Below, piece by piece: positions 16,801 to 20,000 of a stretch of DNA of 20,000 bases. Numbering within the stretch: the first letter of the stretch is position 1; each line of letters opens with the position of its first letter. Source of the DNA: an uncultured virus (IMG/VR IMGVR_UViG_3300035698_002590) (lineage: Duplodnaviria; Heunggongvirae; Uroviricota; Caudoviricetes). Under the pieces are notes generated by a model, which saw only the letters and a list, made by a program, of their open reading frames with translations, was not told the origin of the DNA and searched no databases. Made by a program: the position numbers and the translations under genes. The DNA is taken from IMG/VR virus record IMGVR_UViG_3300035698_002590, one strand, 5' to 3'.

Positions 16801-17271
16801 ACACTATCGCACTTTGATACAGATTTTAGCAGCAGCTACTTGCCAACTGGACCAGATCTAAATACAGGTCGCAGCGGTACACAGTATTTTACATTTGCAT
16901 TCCGTAGAGCAACAATGGCTAACTTTGATATTAGTCTCAATAGTAGCACAGGTATCACTGGGCTTTGGATTGCCGCACCGGGTACTGTTATTGATACAGC
17001 AAGTACACAAAACGGGTGGGTTGACGGTACAGTGCAATACGCTGGTGCAGGCATACCTGGCGCTAACACTGGCGCAGGCGGCAACGGCGGACAAGGCTGT
17101 GCACTCACTGGTGCTGATGTGATTCCAACTGGTAGTGCAATTAATGCTGCTTACACAATGACATTAGGTAGTGAAAATAGTTCAAATTCAACAGGAAATA
17201 ACGTGCTAGTACGCATTGCACTAGCAGACGGAGAAACACTTACTAGTGTTAGTGTAGGAGTAGCAAGCTAA
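13885..17271 (+). CDS. Large virion/tail-fibre-like protein with about four PKD (Ig-like) domains, 1128 aa
   Basis: N-terminal LYVDV.NNRIGINT fibre motif. PKD signatures YLWNFGDG...HTY....FTVSLTA (~14480), LDWGDG (~14785), WIWADG (~15105) and FDWTFGDG...Y...GSYTV.L (~15470). T/G/S/N-rich. Confidence 0.75.
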   Translation: MAIARVSGNALANDLQRSTNLAISTDALYVDVANNRIGINTTSTTHAITTPNDASIGNVIITGNSITSNLGNLDLSGSELNLGAVGDITITGGSSGTVLSTDGAGVLSFVPISNVGGLTGNVISLGTPTDGDLTTNVAYNDWTISTYVTDGLDDLNQVALNIANGTYVGQVEFVGTPVAGPSPQTVAFTGSLVGTADNYLWNFGDGNTATSGLNVSHTYSDDSGGQFTVSLTAFNSDGTYEGNVALGAKGSVDTKTRTNYITLYTPNPVPAFTITDNSIDSGTLAEINNTSTNVTSSYELDWGDGVANTTPALGWTTLTNTYTNAGGDEKYTIVLAGTSSTAGPSPVTVYSAPGIVSVYSDHTSQFTANITTLVNEEATSGGVVQFTNTVSTNPGTTAIFGAQQKYNWIWADGTFANVNVQSGVAGNPGSTLNHTFELSSGNQASGTSETFNVTMQVRNGSTNSPFVSGSTTITIEPDVRAIYAGAAVTVSDKTGDNAQDGYVFTDYRDSADRALFTFENDSQNGTIFDWTFGDGNTTGNITNGAGTPGNGNITNSYPSTGSYTVELDVFGTPATIAQSDSEVKSNYIIINTNPAQPGALSSKTISLQDSSQGTSPLLAAAATDNSVGNIPAAGSSVIRYISSTPININTVTNANTAISGTLAAVFNNVDVGNVTFTSGGDATGTYTDLIVVADGDAHDEISASTYPSGFAKVFDARWQRALSGISVGYSDVSLSHTTAGQTNVVGFVKDDMTSVPTVVQGNAVVVEQTAGSYRYISGVPYYNTGSPAIQIQSLEVSNLTGQTYRNTTQPILFTTGTLAEGTSGSIINSQTKTYSDIDGTPSFVTAGIVNADVGVGSSQLLGNVTININGSARAVGYIDSQMFNVNGSSSVVNIDNKYIQIYSASLTGFDEENIPVADALGSVFDDDGLRITGLGTASDTPTFNGATNFYTANAWTGAETIAGTQEAVVRWGTLSHFDTDFSSSYLPTGPDLNTGRSGTQYFTFAFRRATMANFDISLNSSTGITGLWIAAPGTVIDTASTQNGWVDGTVQYAGAGIPGANTGAGGNGGQGCALTGADVIPTGSAINAAYTMTLGSENSSNSTGNNVLVRIALADGETLTSVSVGVAS

Positions 17272-18548
17272 TGGCACTCGCAGATAGCACCAAAGTTGAT
17301 TATCTCTGGAAGAAGTTAGGATACGGCGTTGCCAAAACCGCTCCTCCAGCCAACAAAGAAGCATTTAACGAAAGCATACCATCTCCCCTATTAATGCGCG
17401 GAGATAGAGTTTGGCAATCGTCGGGCACTATTCCTGGAGTTAAACCTAGTGCAACATCTAGTATCGTGGAAATTTATCAAGATGCTGCTGGCGGAAGTGC
17501 CACAATTGAATGCACCGAAGATTTAACATCACCAGACAATCAAACTTGGAAAACCAACTTAATAGATTGGATACCAACTGAGTTTGGATCAACTTATCTT
17601 GTTTCGGTTTATGTTGATGACACCGGAGAAGCAGCACCACAAACCACAGGAACAAAATTATTCCAAAGTGGGTCAGGAAACGAAGACGGCTGGTTCTTTG
17701 ATTATCAAGCAGGTGTGCTTAACTTCAATGGCGACAATATTCCAAGTGAAATCGGAACTGGTGTTACCGGTAAAAGCATTTATGTTGTCGGTGCTAGGTA
17801 TGTTGGGCCACTTGGTGTTGGATCAAGTGGTGCAATTGGTAATCTAGTAATTACAGATACCACAATTGGAACTGCTAATTCCGGGGACGATATTATTCTT
17901 GAAGTTACCGGCAGCGGGACAGTACAAATTGATACAACAACTGCACTTGGTATTGCAACAGGTAATACAGCACAGCGCCCAGGATCACCAACTACTGGCG
18001 ACATGAGATTCAACACAACAACTGGATTTGTTGAAGTTTATGATGGTGCAGGCTGGGACAATGTGGGCGGCAGTGAATTTGGTAGTATTACCAGTCAAAC
18101 ACTAAGTGGAGATAATAGCACTGTTGCATTTACACTAAATCAGACTGCTAGCACAGCTGGTGTTATTGTTAGTATTAACGGTACTATTCAAGAGCCAACA
18201 AGTTCATACAGTGTTAGCGGAACAACAATAACGTTTACTGAAGCACCACTAAGTGGTGATGCCATTGAAGTAAGATTTATTAGTGCTGTAACTACAGTGT
18301 CCAGTATCACAAATACCAGTGGCCTCGATCGAATTGAAGTGTTAACAAGCGGTATTGCTGATATGAGCACTGTGCATAGTTTGCAATTGCCAACTTACAC
18401 TGTATCACAAGCAAATGCACTTTCAGATGTTGCAAACGGGCAACTAATTTATGTCAGCAATGGCGATGGTGGTAATCCAACTTTGGCAGTATACAGTGTA
18501 GACAATTGGAAAAAAGTGTTGTTATCTGGCAATATTAGCGCCGCATAA
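17271..18548 (+). CDS. Putative virion structural/tail protein, 425 aa
   Basis: TAATG stop/start coupling with the upstream gene. WFFDYQAGVLNF motif. Contains the same two modules as 13403-13837. Confidence 0.65.
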   Translation: MALADSTKVDYLWKKLGYGVAKTAPPANKEAFNESIPSPLLMRGDRVWQSSGTIPGVKPSATSSIVEIYQDAAGGSATIECTEDLTSPDNQTWKTNLIDWIPTEFGSTYLVSVYVDDTGEAAPQTTGTKLFQSGSGNEDGWFFDYQAGVLNFNGDNIPSEIGTGVTGKSIYVVGARYVGPLGVGSSGAIGNLVITDTTIGTANSGDDIILEVTGSGTVQIDTTTALGIATGNTAQRPGSPTTGDMRFNTTTGFVEVYDGAGWDNVGGSEFGSITSQTLSGDNSTVAFTLNQTASTAGVIVSINGTIQEPTSSYSVSGTTITFTEAPLSGDAIEVRFISAVTTVSSITNTSGLDRIEVLTSGIADMSTVHSLQLPTYTVSQANALSDVANGQLIYVSNGDGGNPTLAVYSVDNWKKVLLSGNISAA

Positions 18549-18584
18549 CACTGTTTTTGTGCAATTGTATTTTGTTCAATACCC

Positions 18585-18694
18585 GATAAATAACAGCGTA
18601 AGAATCGCTGGCGATGCGAAAGCCCACGGGTAATGTAACATAGCTGAAGTACCCTTATATTAACACCAGTTTAATATTTGGAGAATAAAAAAAT
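18585..18694 (+). promoter_or_regulatory. Late-like promoter GATAAATA followed by a structured ~100-nt 5' leader
   Basis: Box at 18585-18592. Stems CAGCG/CGCTG (18594-18610), GC-GAAA-GC (18616-18623), GGGTA/TACCC (18628-18654) and ATATTAA/TTAATAT (18657-18677). GGAG RBS at 18680-18683. Confidence 0.5.
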
Positions 18695-20000
18695 ATGGCT
18701 ATAACCAGAATTAAGAACAATCAGATTACCGACGCAACTATTATTGCTAGTACAAAACTAGTTGACAACAGTATTAGTGCAGGTAAGTTGGCAGATAACC
18801 TAGTATACGGTAGTAACCTTACCGTTACAGGTAACTTAACAGTACAAGGATCAAGTACAACACTTGACACTGTAAACACACTAATTGAAGATCCAATTCT
18901 TCTACTAGCTAAAGATCAAACTGGCACTCCAGTATTTGATATTGGTTTTGTAGGTGAACGCGGTTCTTCTAACAACATTGCCTGGATTTGGGACGAAAGT
19001 GAAAGCGAATTTGCAGCTGGATTTACAACAGCAGATGCAAGTGGTAATGTTATTACCCTTGCTGGTTATGCAAGTGCACACATACTCAATCTTGACGTTG
19101 TTGACATGGCACCAACTGGTAACGTAACAACAGCATTAAACGTTGATGCTACAATCGAAGCTGGTACTTCTATCGAAGCACCGACACTAACAGATGGCAC
19201 TGCAAGTCTAAATGCTGGTAGTATCACAGGTGGCGTAGCCGCTACATTTAGCGGGACTATATCAGGTGGTACACTAACTGATGGAACACTAAGTTCAACT
19301 GCTGGTACTATTACTAGTGGCGTAGCTGCTACATTCAGTGGCAATGTCGATTCGGGCAATGTTAACACAACATTGGTGGATGCCACAACACTTACTGCAA
19401 GTGGTACCGTAACTGGTGGTACTGTAACTGATGGCACACTATCAATTAATGCTGGTACTATTACTAGTGGTGTTGCTGCAACGTTTAGCGGCAATGTAAC
19501 TGCTGGTAACTTGATCACAGGTGGCGCACTTCAAGCACAAGCACTAACTGCAACTGGTAACGTAACTGGCGGCAATATTGTATCTCAGGCAGATGTAACA
19601 ACAGTCAGCGTAACTGCAAGTGGCACTATATCAGGTGGCACATTAACAGATGGCACATTAAGTTCAACTGCTGGTACTGTAACTGGCGGCGTAGCTGCTA
19701 CATTCAGTGGTAATGTCGATTCAGGCAATGTTAACACAACATTGGTTGATGCCACAACACTTACTGCAAGTGGTACCGTAACTGGTGGCACATTAACCGA
19801 TGGCACAGCAAGTATTAATGCTGGTACACTAACTGGTGGCGTAGCTGCTACATTCAGTGGTACTGTATCAGGTGGTACACTAACAGACGGCACAGCAAGT
19901 ATTAATGCTGGTACACTAACTGGTGGCGTAGCTGCTACATTCAGTGGCAATGTTGATAGTGGTAATGTTAACACAACATTGGTTGCTGCAACTACTGTAA
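18695..20000 (+). CDS. Long repeat-rich tail-fibre-like protein, partial (runs off the window end; MAITRIKNNQITDATI...)
   Basis: Absent from the ORF track because it has no stop in the window. ATG 18695 with a GGAG RBS, open for 435 codons. NLTVTGNLTVQG...IEDPILLL motif followed by T/G-rich repeats. Confidence 0.85.
   Translation, partial: MAITRIKNNQITDATIIASTKLVDNSISAGKLADNLVYGSNLTVTGNLTVQGSSTTLDTVNTLIEDPILLLAKDQTGTPVFDIGFVGERGSSNNIAWIWDESESEFAAGFTTADASGNVITLAGYASAHILNLDVVDMAPTGNVTTALNVDATIEAGTSIEAPTLTDGTASLNAGSITGGVAATFSGTISGGTLTDGTLSSTAGTITSGVAATFSGNVDSGNVNTTLVDATTLTASGTVTGGTVTDGTLSINAGTITSGVAATFSGNVTAGNLITGGALQAQALTATGNVTGGNIVSQADVTTVSVTASGTISGGTLTDGTLSSTAGTVTGGVAATFSGNVDSGNVNTTLVDATTLTASGTVTGGTLTDGTASINAGTLTGGVAATFSGTVSGGTLTDGTASINAGTLTGGVAATFSGNVDSGNVNTTLVAATTV
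19184..20000 (+). repeat. Intragenic modular tandem repeats
   Basis: Unit T(L/V)TDGT.S..AG(T/S).T.GVAATFSG starts at 19184, 19271, 19421, 19640, 19790 and 19877 (spacings 87, 150, 219, 150, 87 nt). It is interspersed with NVDSGNVNTTLVDATTLTASG modules. Confidence 0.9.

Noticed and set aside
1913..19974. Numerous short antisense or alternate-frame ORFs (e.g. 1913-2188, 2923-3240, 3748-4182, 7544-7918, 13866-14291, 19066-19518, 19585-19974)
   Set aside because: All lie within well-supported genes and look like codon-bias shadows, with no recognisable motifs.
19184..20000. CRISPR array or DGR template/variable repeat pair
   Set aside because: The repeats are in-frame coding units without unique spacers. 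Differences are not adenine-specific and no reverse transcriptase is present in the window.
1..20000. Alternative genetic code (stop-codon reassignment as in some large phages)
   Set aside because: Core genes are intact in the standard code, and TAA, TAG (e.g. 8576-8578) and TGA (5000-5002) all act as stops at sensible gene ends.
1..20000. tRNA genes
   Set aside because: No cloverleaf with T-loop and D-loop consensus was found by eye in any intergenic region.

Overview
A 20-kb piece of a large T4-like (myovirus-type) dsDNA phage genome covering virion morphogenesis, in the standard genetic code. The + strand carries a tape-measure-like gene, then the T4-type head module (portal gp20, a small protein, an acidic core protein, prohead protease gp21, scaffold gp22, major capsid gp23). 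It continues with Thr/Gly/Ser-rich virion or fibre genes, one of them with PKD/Ig-like domains and the last one repeat-rich and truncated, plus a Maf/sialyltransferase-like enzyme. The - strand, divergent from the tape measure, carries a Zn-finger baseplate-hub/tail chaperone. It ends in a T-TTT-TTC slippery site that is -1 in frame with an unannotated 58-aa ORF (candidate programmed frameshift). Three tightly coupled non-structural genes follow: DUF1415-like, an aminoacyl-tRNA-protein transferase (ATE_C)-like GNAT, and DUF6614-like. Positions 1-380 are non-coding but structured (probable ncRNA 3' part plus ssDNA-type GA-mismatch hairpins). T4-late-like TAAATA boxes precede most transcription units. 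All family assignments come from recognising motifs by eye, not from database searches.
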